Below are positions 17,626 through 26,778 of a DNA stretch of 32,000 bases, piece by piece. The DNA comes from Pseudoalteromonas translucida KMM 520 (GTDB taxonomy: Bacteria > Pseudomonadota > Gammaproteobacteria > Enterobacterales > Alteromonadaceae), in the NCBI RefSeq assembly GCF_001465295.1, contig NZ_CP011034.1:2520001-2552000 (forward strand), read 5' to 3'. Numbering within the stretch: the first letter of the stretch is position 1; each line of letters opens with the position of its first letter. The notes under the pieces were generated by a model. That model saw nothing but the letters and a program-made list of their open reading frames with translations, was not told the DNA's origin and ran no database searches. Both the position numbers and the translations under genes were made by a program.

Positions 17626-17655
17626 GGCAATACTTATTGCCATTAATGCATTAAT
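17626..17655. promoter_or_regulatory. two abutting palindromes upstream of the DUF1800 operon (candidate operator)
   Basis: GGCAATAcTTATTGCC (17626-17641) is followed directly by the perfect 14-bp palindrome ATTAATGCATTAAT (17642-17655). They lie 31-60 nt upstream of the DUF1800 ATG at 17595, in the divergent intergenic region. Confidence 0.25.
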
Positions 17656-17764
17656 TGAAACATAAAAATCACATATTTACTCTTTATTTTTTGTAACCGA
17701 AACTTGACTAATTCGCAAAAATGCACAAACTACGGGGGTTAAATTACCCAGAGCCTTATTATTT

Positions 17765-17980
17765 ATGAAAACAGAAATTAGCTATCGTTTTGAATCTTCT
17801 CAAGTTGCCAACCGATTTATACACCTACTTAAAAATTGGCCCATTAACGATGTAAAAACAAAATTATTTAATGGCGGCAATTGCGTAAAGGTTAATTATG
17901 ACTATGACGAGAGTGGTTTTGACTACACAGTTGCAGAGCTCGACGACTTAGCCGAAACACACGGCGGTAAAGAAATTTAA
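17765..17980 (+). CDS. hypothetical small protein (71 aa)
   Basis: ORF-track ORF in an otherwise gene-free 520-nt gap. No convincing SD and no recognisable family. Confidence 0.35.
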   Translation: MKTEISYRFESSQVANRFIHLLKNWPINDVKTKLFNGGNCVKVNYDYDESGFDYTVAELDDLAETHGGKEI

Positions 17981-18068
17981 AAATAGTGTTTTTATATTTT
18001 GAAGTGTTTTTGGCTGGGTCTACTTTTTTTAAACTGATGGATTGTTGATTAGTAAATATAAATTAAAC

Positions 18069-18104
18069 AAAAAAGAGCACTATAGTTTAATTAAACCATA
18101 GTGC
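18069..18104 (-). terminator. rho-independent terminator of frmA
   Basis: On the minus strand: a 14-bp stem (GCACTATgGTTTAA/TTAAACtATAGTGC, one mismatch) followed by CTCTTTTTTG. Confidence 0.7.
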
Positions 18105-18116
18105 CGCTGTTTATCG

Positions 18117-19262
<1,146 letters not shown>

Positions 19263-19418
19263 TTAATAAATTATTTAATATAAATGAACGTAAACACGTA
19301 TTTTAGTTTAGTTCAGTTACCTTAATAATGCGCTGCTGCATATTATGGCGGCTTAAAATTAGGCAATTTACTTTAAAGCAATTATTTATTGTTTTATCAG
19401 CTTTACTTACCTTTACTG

Positions 19419-19745
19419 TTAATGGCTATGCCCTTGCGATAGATTAATCATTGCAATGCCTATGGCCACCAATGCCATTCCTAACCAAGTGGATAAATCT
19501 AAATGCTGTTTATATACAAGGGTAGATAATAGCGTAACGGTAACAATAGCTAACCCTGCCCACATCGCATGCACAATACCTACAGGCATGCCTTTCATTG
19601 CTTGGCCTAAAAAAACAAACGCAGCCAAATGGCCCAATAACACCACTATGCTGGGCAGTAACCTAGTAAAGCCATCTGTTTGTTTTAATGCCACATGCGA
19701 CATAGCTTCTGCAATAACACCCAAAAATAAAAATACCCAACTCAT
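19419..19745 (-). CDS. SMR family multidrug efflux transporter (EmrE-like)
   Basis: 108 aa with 4 TM segments. It aligns by eye to E. coli EmrE (..AEA..LKQTDGFTRLLPSI.., ..P.GI.HA.W.G..IV...L.S...), including the membrane Glu in TM1. Confidence 0.85.
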   Translation of the reverse strand: MSWVFLFLGVIAEAMSHVALKQTDGFTRLLPSIVVLLGHLAAFVFLGQAMKGMPVGIVHAMWAGLAIVTVTLLSTLVYKQHLDLSTWLGMALVAIGIAMINLSQGHSH

Positions 19746-19913
19746 ATTTTTTCCTATTTATTTTGCGAGCTGTTGTAATTAATGTCGATAACGTTATATC
19801 GACTATTTAACTTATTCACAGCATGTTTGTGTTGATGGCTATTATTATATTTGTTTCTGTAAAAATGATAATGTGCTATTTTTGAAATTAACTTATACAT
19901 ATAGGTAACAATC

Positions 19914-20780
19914 ATGCAGTGGGAAGGTATTAGTGAATTTGTACACGTTGCTGAAAACGCCAGCTTTACGCAAGCCTCAAAAAAAATGGCAATATCAACA
20001 GCGCAAGTAAGCAGGCAAATTAGTGCGCTCGAAAACCGGCTGAATGTGAAGCTATTTTATCGTACTACGCGCAAAGTATCGTTAACTGAAGAAGGCCGAG
20101 TTTTTTATCAGCACTGTCGCAGCGTGCTTGATGGTTTAGATGCTGCAGAGCGGGCTATAACTAACTTACAAACAACGCCCCAAGGTAAAATAAAGCTTAC
20201 GGCTTCGGTAACTTATGGAGAGCAGCAAGTACTGCCTTTGGTTTCTGACTTTATGCTGCAATATAGTGAAGTCGCGGTTTCTGCTTACTTGAGTAATCAA
20301 CAAATTGACTTAGTTGAAGGCGGATACGATTTAGCTATACGTATTGGTAAGCTGGCCGACTCGTCAATGATGGCAAAAAAACTCGGAACCCGAACCAGTT
20401 ATGTGTGCGCATCGCCAGAATATCTGGAAAAACACGGTATACCACATGCAATTTCTGAACTGAGTAAACATAGTTGCCTACTAGGCACGCTTGATTATTG
20501 GCACTTTATGGAGTCGGGAAAAGAAAAAAACATTCGCGTTGCCGGTAAGCTACGCTATAACAGCGGGTACAGCCTAGCGGATGCAGCATTAAAAGGATTA
20601 GGAATAGTACAACTGCCCGATTACTACGTGCAAAATCACCTACAAAGTGGTGAGCTAATTACCTTATTAGATAGCTATCGAGTGCCTGATGAAGGCATTT
20701 GGGCTATATACCCTCATAATCGTCACTTATCGCCAAAAATAAGGTTATTGGTCGACTTTTTAGCAAAGCATCTTAGTTAG
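19914..20780 (+). CDS. LysR family transcriptional regulator
   Basis: 288 aa. The wHTH is FVHVAENASFTQASKKMAISTAQVSRQISALENRLNVKLFYRTTRKVSLTEEG. Divergent from the SMR gene. Confidence 0.85.
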   Translation: MQWEGISEFVHVAENASFTQASKKMAISTAQVSRQISALENRLNVKLFYRTTRKVSLTEEGRVFYQHCRSVLDGLDAAERAITNLQTTPQGKIKLTASVTYGEQQVLPLVSDFMLQYSEVAVSAYLSNQQIDLVEGGYDLAIRIGKLADSSMMAKKLGTRTSYVCASPEYLEKHGIPHAISELSKHSCLLGTLDYWHFMESGKEKNIRVAGKLRYNSGYSLADAALKGLGIVQLPDYYVQNHLQSGELITLLDSYRVPDEGIWAIYPHNRHLSPKIRLLVDFLAKHLS

Positions 20781-20866
20781 TCCGTTAGTTAACATTTACG
20801 TTTTGAATAATATTAATCTCGTATTTAACTGTGAGGTTAATATTATTACTTCAACTCAGTACACGC

Positions 20867-23293
20867 TCACATTTTACTTTTCACTTTGTTAGTTGCAATA
20901 CTGGTTGCAGGGCTATCGGGCCAAAAATGCTTGGGGTAACGTCCTTTCATTTCTTTTTGTACATCACGATAACTGGTATTCCAAAAGTGCGCTAAATCTT
21001 GCGTAAGTTGCAACGAGCGTTTTCCCGGCGATAATAACTCCATTAGCAATGGCAATTTCCCCTGTGCCAATAACGGCGTGTTGGTCATACCGTATACTTC
21101 TTGCATGCGTACACTGAGTTTTGCAGGCCCTTCAAGCTGATATTCAATCCTAATATTAGAGCCGCTCGCTACCGTTAAACGCAGTGGCAGTAAGCTTTTT
21201 AAGGCACTTTGTTGTTGCCAATCAAAACAATTTTGTAATGCCTCAAAGTAGTTAAACTTTTTAAGCTGCTCCAGGGTTTTAATATCTTGTAAAAACACAC
21301 CTAGCCACTGCGGTGCCGTTTGAATAAGTTGCTGCTCGTTAATTTGCGGAAACTTTTCGCTCATTAGCTTACTTGCTAAGCTCATTCTAATTAATAGTTG
21401 CTCAGCGTCTTTTTGTTCATTAAACAGCGCAAAGCCATGTTTAGTAAATAAATTTAACCATGCTTTGGCGCGCTCACTTTTATCGAGTTTTTGCTTACTT
21501 GGCTGGCTAGTAAGGGTAATAGCGCCAAGTCTTACTTCGTCTTGATGGATAAAGCGTGCGGTTTTTTCGTCAAACTCACAGCGAGTTTGCATGCTAAATA
21601 AATGCGGTAAATAGGCTTGCAGCTCAAATGGGCTAAGTGATGTAGCACTAAAAATACGCCCGCCTTTGTGCCCTCCCATAGTAGCAATTGCAAGGTAGTC
21701 GTCATTATGCCAGTAATCGCGGTTTAGCTCAGCGCCTGCACCATTGGCAAGTAAGTAACCACTGCCACGCTTTTTCGCGATTCGATCGGGGTAAGCAAGC
21801 GCCACCAGCAAGCTTAAGTGCTCGGTATTTAAATCACCATTTGACTCTTTTACTTTTAAGCGACTTTGCCAATATTTTAATTGCTGCTTAAATACCGGAT
21901 GTGGCCGTTGTTGTTGGCTATGCAGCGCTAAGCTTAGCTCGTTAGCAGTATTTACGCGGCTTTCAAGTAATGCCACCAAATAAATAGCGAGTCGATAGAT
22001 ACCGGGGAGTGCTTGCTCTAATGCCTGCGCTTTTAAAAGCATATGCGCCAACCGAATATCAGCGCCAAAGCCTAACATTTTACTGCCAAGCCGTGTGAGC
22101 TTACCTTTGCTATCAATGGCTTCAAGCATGCTAAGTAAGTTACTTGCCTGTATGCCCTGCTGCTCAGTAGGTTTATCAAGCAAGGTTAGCTCCTCAATAC
22201 TTGCCCCCCATTGCTTAGCTTCTAGCATTAGTTGGCTTATGTCTGATGTGAGTATTTCGGGATTGTCGTGGCTATTACGGCGCTCAAAAGTTTGCTTAGA
22301 GCCCAGCCTATAAACCACCCCTGGCTCTATTCGCCCTGCACGCCCTGCACGCTGCACTGCCGATGAGCGCGATATACTTTGTGTTGTTAGTTCAGTAACA
22401 CCGGTTTTTAAATTAAAGGTCGCGGCGCGGCGTTTACCGCTATCAATCACAATCCTTATACCTTCAATGGTTAAGCTGGTTTCGGCCACATTGGTAGTAA
22501 GTACCACTTTGCGCATCCCCTCTGGCGCAGGGGCAATAGCTGCTTGCTGATTGGCTTTATCTTGCTCGCCAAATAGCGTTGCTACTATACAATTGTTTGG
22601 TAAGTCAGTGAGCGCTTGCTGTACCCTGAGTATTTCGTGCTGCCCTGGTAAAAACACCAACGCGCTGCCGGTTTGCTCACTCAATGCTTGTTTTATTATA
22701 GTGGGGATTGCATCAAGCCAGCGGCTTTCATCTTTTATGGGTATATAGACTTCATCTATTGGGTAGCTGCGCCCGTTTGATTGAATTACAGGACAAGCAA
22801 AAAATTCAGTGTAACGCTGGGTATCAAGGGTTGCCGACATCAACATTATGGTTAAATCTTCGCGCAGCGCACTTTGGGTCTCCAACGCAAATGCCAATGA
22901 AGTATCGGCTGCAATAGAGCGCTCATGAAACTCATCAAATATCAGTAAATCAACATCGCCAAGCTCAGGATCGTTTTGCAGCATACGGGTAAGCATGCCT
23001 TCGGTAACTATTTCAAGTCGCGTATTCGCACTTACTTTACTCTCGCCTCTTATTCGCAAGCCAACACTTTGGCCAACACTCTCGTTTTGACACTTTGCCA
23101 AGTAACTAGCAATATTACGCGCAGCTAAACGACGCGGCTCTAGCATTACAATACGCTTAAAGTGCCCATCGCGCATAAGTTGCAGCGGCAACCAAGTAGA
23201 CTTACCCGCACCCGGCGGCGCTTGCAGTAGCGTAATTGGGTTGCTTTGTAATGTTATTACGAGTTGTTGATATATGTTTTGAACCGGCAGCAC
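20867..23293 (-). CDS. hrpB: ATP-dependent RNA helicase HrpB (DEAH-box)
   Basis: 808 aa (E. coli HrpB is 809 aa). Motifs: APPGAGKST (Walker A), DEFHER (DEAH-type), SATL, TNVAETSLTIEGI, QRAGRAGR, and an HrpB-type C-terminal domain. Confidence 0.9.
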   Translation of the reverse strand: MLPVQNIYQQLVITLQSNPITLLQAPPGAGKSTWLPLQLMRDGHFKRIVMLEPRRLAARNIASYLAKCQNESVGQSVGLRIRGESKVSANTRLEIVTEGMLTRMLQNDPELGDVDLLIFDEFHERSIAADTSLAFALETQSALREDLTIMLMSATLDTQRYTEFFACPVIQSNGRSYPIDEVYIPIKDESRWLDAIPTIIKQALSEQTGSALVFLPGQHEILRVQQALTDLPNNCIVATLFGEQDKANQQAAIAPAPEGMRKVVLTTNVAETSLTIEGIRIVIDSGKRRAATFNLKTGVTELTTQSISRSSAVQRAGRAGRIEPGVVYRLGSKQTFERRNSHDNPEILTSDISQLMLEAKQWGASIEELTLLDKPTEQQGIQASNLLSMLEAIDSKGKLTRLGSKMLGFGADIRLAHMLLKAQALEQALPGIYRLAIYLVALLESRVNTANELSLALHSQQQRPHPVFKQQLKYWQSRLKVKESNGDLNTEHLSLLVALAYPDRIAKKRGSGYLLANGAGAELNRDYWHNDDYLAIATMGGHKGGRIFSATSLSPFELQAYLPHLFSMQTRCEFDEKTARFIHQDEVRLGAITLTSQPSKQKLDKSERAKAWLNLFTKHGFALFNEQKDAEQLLIRMSLASKLMSEKFPQINEQQLIQTAPQWLGVFLQDIKTLEQLKKFNYFEALQNCFDWQQQSALKSLLPLRLTVASGSNIRIEYQLEGPAKLSVRMQEVYGMTNTPLLAQGKLPLLMELLSPGKRSLQLTQDLAHFWNTSYRDVQKEMKGRYPKHFWPDSPATSIATNKVKSKM

Positions 23294-23330
23294 TGCTATT
23301 TACCCTAAATTGATTTGCCGGCATTGTAAC

Positions 23331-23355
23331 AAAAAACCGCAGCGTAACTGCGGTT
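23331..23355 (-). terminator. rho-independent terminator after the globin gene
   Basis: On the minus strand: AACCGCAG-ttacg-CTGCGGTT followed by TTTTTT. Confidence 0.65.
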
Positions 23356-23442
23356 GATATTTAATAATTAATACTCTTTTACAAGCAACTAAGCTCAATA
23401 GGTTGCCCATTAGTTGCCCACTTTCTACCTATTAACTCTCTA

Positions 23443-23856
23443 CTAGCTACCCGATACCATTCTAATTCGCTCTGCGGGTACGCGTAATTGCCGCATTAAA
23501 TACACTTTAAACGACTCTGCATAAGGCTGATCATCTACGGCTTTTTGCATGCATAATAGCCAAGCTTCACTTTCGGCAACGCCTACCGTTAAATGTTTAT
23601 GCGCCTGTGGAATATTAATGCTACCAAAATGCTCCGCGTACAGCTTAGGGCCGCCCATCCAACCTGACAAAAAGTAAGCTAACTTTTTACGCGACTGCGA
23701 CAAGTCTTCACTGTGCATATCTCTTATGTGCTTAGCCTCTTTCAACTGTTGCATATAATCATAAAATGCATCAACCAGCTGGGTAATGCCGGCTAACTCC
23801 CCCGCCATTTTGTAAGAGCAATCTCCTACGCCATATTCACACATTTTAGTATCCAT
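23443..23856 (-). CDS. group II truncated (2/2) haemoglobin, GlbO-like
   Basis: 137 aa. ..LVDAFYDYM...FLSGWMGGPKLYAEHFG...HKHL.V...E..AWL.CM..AV resembles the M. tuberculosis GlbO pattern (FL.QYWGGP..Y...G.P.L...H..F.I......AWL.CM..AV). The true start may be an internal Met. Confidence 0.8.
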   Translation of the reverse strand: MDTKMCEYGVGDCSYKMAGELAGITQLVDAFYDYMQQLKEAKHIRDMHSEDLSQSRKKLAYFLSGWMGGPKLYAEHFGSINIPQAHKHLTVGVAESEAWLLCMQKAVDDQPYAESFKVYLMRQLRVPAERIRMVSGS

Positions 23857-24118
23857 AACTCACTCATACCGCCTTTTTATCGCAACATAATAACTTAAAA
23901 CCCATAATGGATAAGCAATTATTACAAACTGCTATGTATATTTTGTATACATTTAAAGAAGGGCCACATAATTACACCCACCTTTTAGCCTTACTCTATT
24001 TATGATTGATATTAAGCTACTGATATTAATTACAAAAAATATGTATGCTTTTTTTGGTATACGACTTGCTACTTATAATCGACTATTAATTTCACTAATC
24101 TAAAGTAAGGAGCTACTT

Positions 24119-24316
24119 ATGAACAGCGATCGTATCAAAGGTAATTGGAAAGAACTTAAAGGTAAAGCGCAACGTAAATGGGGCGACATAACCGACGATG
24201 ATTTAGATAAAATTGAAGGTAGCCGTAAAGAGTTAGTTGGTAAAATTCAACAGCAATACGGTAAATCGAAAGAAGAAGCCGAACGCGAAGTTGATGAATT
24301 TGAAAAAGACCATTAA
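24119..24316 (+). CDS. CsbD/YjbJ family stress-response protein
   Basis: 65 aa. [56 protein letters not shown] is the canonical CsbD repeat. A strong AAGGAG SD lies upstream. Confidence 0.85.
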   Translation: MNSDRIKGNWKELKGKAQRKWGDITDDDLDKIEGSRKELVGKIQQQYGKSKEEAEREVDEFEKDH

Positions 24317-24342
24317 TTTTAAGCTATTAGCTACTTAAAAAT

Positions 24343-24371
24343 AAACCGCCTTTGTTGGCGGTTTTGTTTTT
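24343..24371 (+). terminator. rho-independent terminator of the csbD-like gene
   Basis: AAACCGCC-tttgtt-GGCGGTTT followed by TGTTTTT. Confidence 0.8.
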
Positions 24372-24598
24372 GGCTAAACATTAAAATAATAATATTACTA
24401 TGACACCCACTCTAATAATTAATCCCTTTGATGTTTATCTAAATAAACATTGCTGAGCTTAAAACCCTATTAGCTTTAACAATCTCTCTGCTTATTTAAA
24501 TAATATTAAAATAACGCTGTTTTTATTTATTTTTAGGCATGCGAAATACTCTGTTTTCACAGTGAGGGGGAATAACGGGTAAGTTTTGAAGTAACGCT

Positions 24599-25573
24599 TT
24601 AAGCCAGTAGTTTTTCGCAGTTACTAACGTTGGCGCGCCGCTTTCTGTTTAGGTGTTCACAGTATCCTTCGTGTGACACTGGGCGACCTACTGCGCCATG
24701 AAATACGCGACTAAATTGCGTGGTGAGTTTTAACCAGTTTTCGGAGGTAATGTTTACTCTTTGTAACAGGGGTAAAGTGGTATTTTCAATATGGCCTTTC
24801 TTGTCTTCACATATACAACGCCCAGTTAATTCTACTAATTCAAGGTAAGATTTAAGCTCAAACGGTAACCCTTTGGCCATGTGCTTTTTGGGTTTACCTG
24901 AAAAGCGCAGGAGTTGCTTCGGTTGCTTACCTGCAGTGGCACTTTCAATACGTATTTTTACGCTAGTATGGTCTGATGTTTCTGGCGTTGCTGCTGCCTT
25001 TGCTCTTATTGGGTTTAAATCTACATACGCCATACAGGCGATTAATGCTGATTCATCTAAGAGGGCTTGTGATTTAAAGCGTCCCTCCCAAAAGCGGCCG
25101 GTACAGTTATCTTCTTTATTAGCTCTGCGCGCAATGTCTTCATTTAATAGCCGCATAAACCAACTGATATTAGCTAAGCGTTCTCGGTATTCACTAATTG
25201 TTTCATTTAAAAAGAGCCATTCAATTTTACTCAGCTCTTCACCTTGCAGATATTTGTTGGTGAGTACGGTGCCTTTACAAAGCCTGTGCCAGCGCTGAAT
25301 AATGGTTTTATCGGTTAGTCGCTTGGCTTTTTTATCGTCAACATAGAGTACTAAGTGGGTGTGGTTGCTCATTACCGCATACGCACACACATCAATACAA
25401 AACACCTTAGCGAGGGCAAGTAATTTGCTTTCAACCCAGCCTCTGCGATGCTCATACGATTGGTTAGTAAAGTGGTCTACGCCGCATAAAAATGCACGGC
25501 GTACACAGCGCGAAATACAGTGGTAGTATTTTGTATCGACCAAACTGACCTGACGTTTTCTTGCAATAGCCAT
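24599..25573 (-). CDS. long Y1/HUH transposase-family protein (IS200/RayT-like, COG1943-type)
   Basis: 324 aa. HUH motif in VMSNHTHLVLYV. WEGRFKS block, then MAYVDLNPIRA (compare E. coli RayT ..DYIYINPVKHG, which carries the catalytic Tyr). A C-terminal extension of about 120 aa beyond the roughly 150-aa IS200 TnpA core. Confidence 0.75.
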   Translation of the reverse strand: MAIARKRQVSLVDTKYYHCISRCVRRAFLCGVDHFTNQSYEHRRGWVESKLLALAKVFCIDVCAYAVMSNHTHLVLYVDDKKAKRLTDKTIIQRWHRLCKGTVLTNKYLQGEELSKIEWLFLNETISEYRERLANISWFMRLLNEDIARRANKEDNCTGRFWEGRFKSQALLDESALIACMAYVDLNPIRAKAAATPETSDHTSVKIRIESATAGKQPKQLLRFSGKPKKHMAKGLPFELKSYLELVELTGRCICEDKKGHIENTTLPLLQRVNITSENWLKLTTQFSRVFHGAVGRPVSHEGYCEHLNRKRRANVSNCEKLLA

Positions 25574-25733
25574 GTGACACCCTGCTTAATTATCGTACTA
25601 CACAGAGCTTAGTTAATCATGCTGATATTGCAAATGTTAGGATGGATGTCTGTTTAATTTTTACCTTTAATAAAACCATATCGGACTTATCGCTAGGCTT
25701 GTTATTAATACACATGACAATAGACAAATCATC

Positions 25734-26336
25734 TCAACCAGCTTTAAAATATTGTGTATATAGTTTGTCTAAACCATCTTTGAAAGTAACTGTATAACTA
25801 AATCGTTTTGTCAAAAATGACGTTATTGCTAAATATTCCTCTCTGTCACACTCTGCTACACTAGCAATAGTTATACTATCACTAGAGAAAATAACTTTTC
25901 CTTTCCCCATAAAAAGAACAGCTTTGCTCTCTTTTTTACAAAAGCTTTTTAACTTTTCATCTAACTTCTTGTCGGGCAGCTCATCGCCATCAATATAATA
26001 TGTAAAAACACAATTTAAAGCAGATCCAATACCTGCATTTTTTAGTTCTATCTTAAACTCATTGTCAACATCAAGAAAAGAGCAGTGCTCATAAAGTACA
26101 GGTTGAAAAGATAGTTCTATACTTTTACGATTATCAGCTATTCCTTTGTAAGCGAATACAAATGTAATAAGCCCTATAAATGTAGCGATTAGATCTCCTG
26201 CTTTTAGTTCAGCATTCCATTTAATTGGAATATCAAAATCTCCAAAAATAAAGCCTATAAAAACACCCGCTGTTAGCGTTAAAACAATCACAGTAATTTG
26301 AAAGAAAGTTGAGTTTTTATACATCTCGTGTGTCAT
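25734..26336 (-). CDS. orphan hypothetical membrane protein (2 N-terminal TM helices plus soluble domain of about 130 aa)
   Basis: 200-aa ORF in very AT-rich DNA (hand-sampled lines about 25-27% G+C). TM1 is FFQITVIVLTLTAGVFIGFIF and TM2 is LIATFIGLITFVFAY. No family recognised. An alternative start is Met5 at 26324. Confidence 0.55.
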   Translation of the reverse strand: MTHEMYKNSTFFQITVIVLTLTAGVFIGFIFGDFDIPIKWNAELKAGDLIATFIGLITFVFAYKGIADNRKSIELSFQPVLYEHCSFLDVDNEFKIELKNAGIGSALNCVFTYYIDGDELPDKKLDEKLKSFCKKESKAVLFMGKGKVIFSSDSITIASVAECDREEYLAITSFLTKRFSYTVTFKDGLDKLYTQYFKAG

Positions 26337-26487
26337 TCCTGTCCGTTGCTTTTATACTTTCTAATTTATTAGCAAAAAAATAAAATAGACTGTGTGATAT
26401 ATCTAATGGCATATCTGTTGCGTAAGCAATATTTTCTTTTTCTAACAATTTTGTTTCGTAATCAAATGATTCAATAAGTACATCCAT
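26317..26487 (-). CDS. possible small acidic protein (56 aa) overlapping the start of the 200-aa gene
   Basis: Hand-translated: MDVLIESFDYETKLLEKENIAYATDMPLDISHSLFYFFANKLESIKATDRNDTRDV. Its TAA overlaps the ATGTATAAA (Met5) of the downstream ORF. There is no clear SD, so this is weakly supported. Confidence 0.25.
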   Translation of the reverse strand: MDVLIESFDYETKLLEKENIAYATDMPLDISHSLFYFFANKLESIKATDRNDTRDV

Positions 26488-26711
26488 TGAGGCCGGAACA
26501 TCTTTTAAATAATAATATTTTAAACTAATAAAAATATAGGATTTGCTAAATTACACTCCTTTGTTAAAAATCTTATAACGGTCTAATTGACCTCATTCAG
26601 TTGTTTATAACATCTAGAGCGGATTGTATTATATTGTCCAATAATCCCACTGAAAACTCTTTTAAACAATTGATTATCTTTACTTTAAACCACTTTATAC
26701 GATTGATATTT

Positions 26712-26738
26712 AAACAAAATCGAGCCTAATTAGGCTCG
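26712..26738 (-). terminator. terminator of the metA-metH operon
   Basis: Perfect 18-nt palindrome CGAGCCTAATTAGGCTCG (26721-26738), followed on the minus strand by ATTTTGTTT. It is also T-rich on the plus side, so it may act bidirectionally. Confidence 0.65.
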
Positions 26739-26778
26739 CTTTTGCTTTATTTGACAGCTAAAAAATGAACGTTTTTCC

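Noticed and set aside
23934-23952. Inverted repeat ATGTATA-ttttg-TATACAT between the globin and csbD-like genes
   Set aside because: The arms are only 7 bp and made of A/T-rich sequence. This is expected by chance in such an intergenic region, and it has no second copy in the window.
24599-25573. The idea that the Y1 transposase homologue is catalytically dead because it reads WEGRFKS rather than WEGRYKS
   Set aside because: By comparison with E. coli RayT (..RFWEH.. then ..DYIYINPVKHG), the nucleophilic Tyr lies in the later Y..NP block. That block is present here (AYVDLNPIRA), and the HUH motif is intact. The sequence gives no evidence for inactivation.
24553-26657. Possible inverted repeats flanking the AT-rich islet: GTTTTCACAGTGAGGGGG (24553-24570) against the reverse complement of TCCCACTGAAAAC (26645-26657)
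   Set aside because: The match needs two gaps, and its longest ungapped block is only 7 nt. Y1/HUH elements do not normally have terminal inverted repeats. A chance match in 2 kb of AT-rich DNA cannot be excluded. It is worth rechecking only if an empty site is found in a relative.
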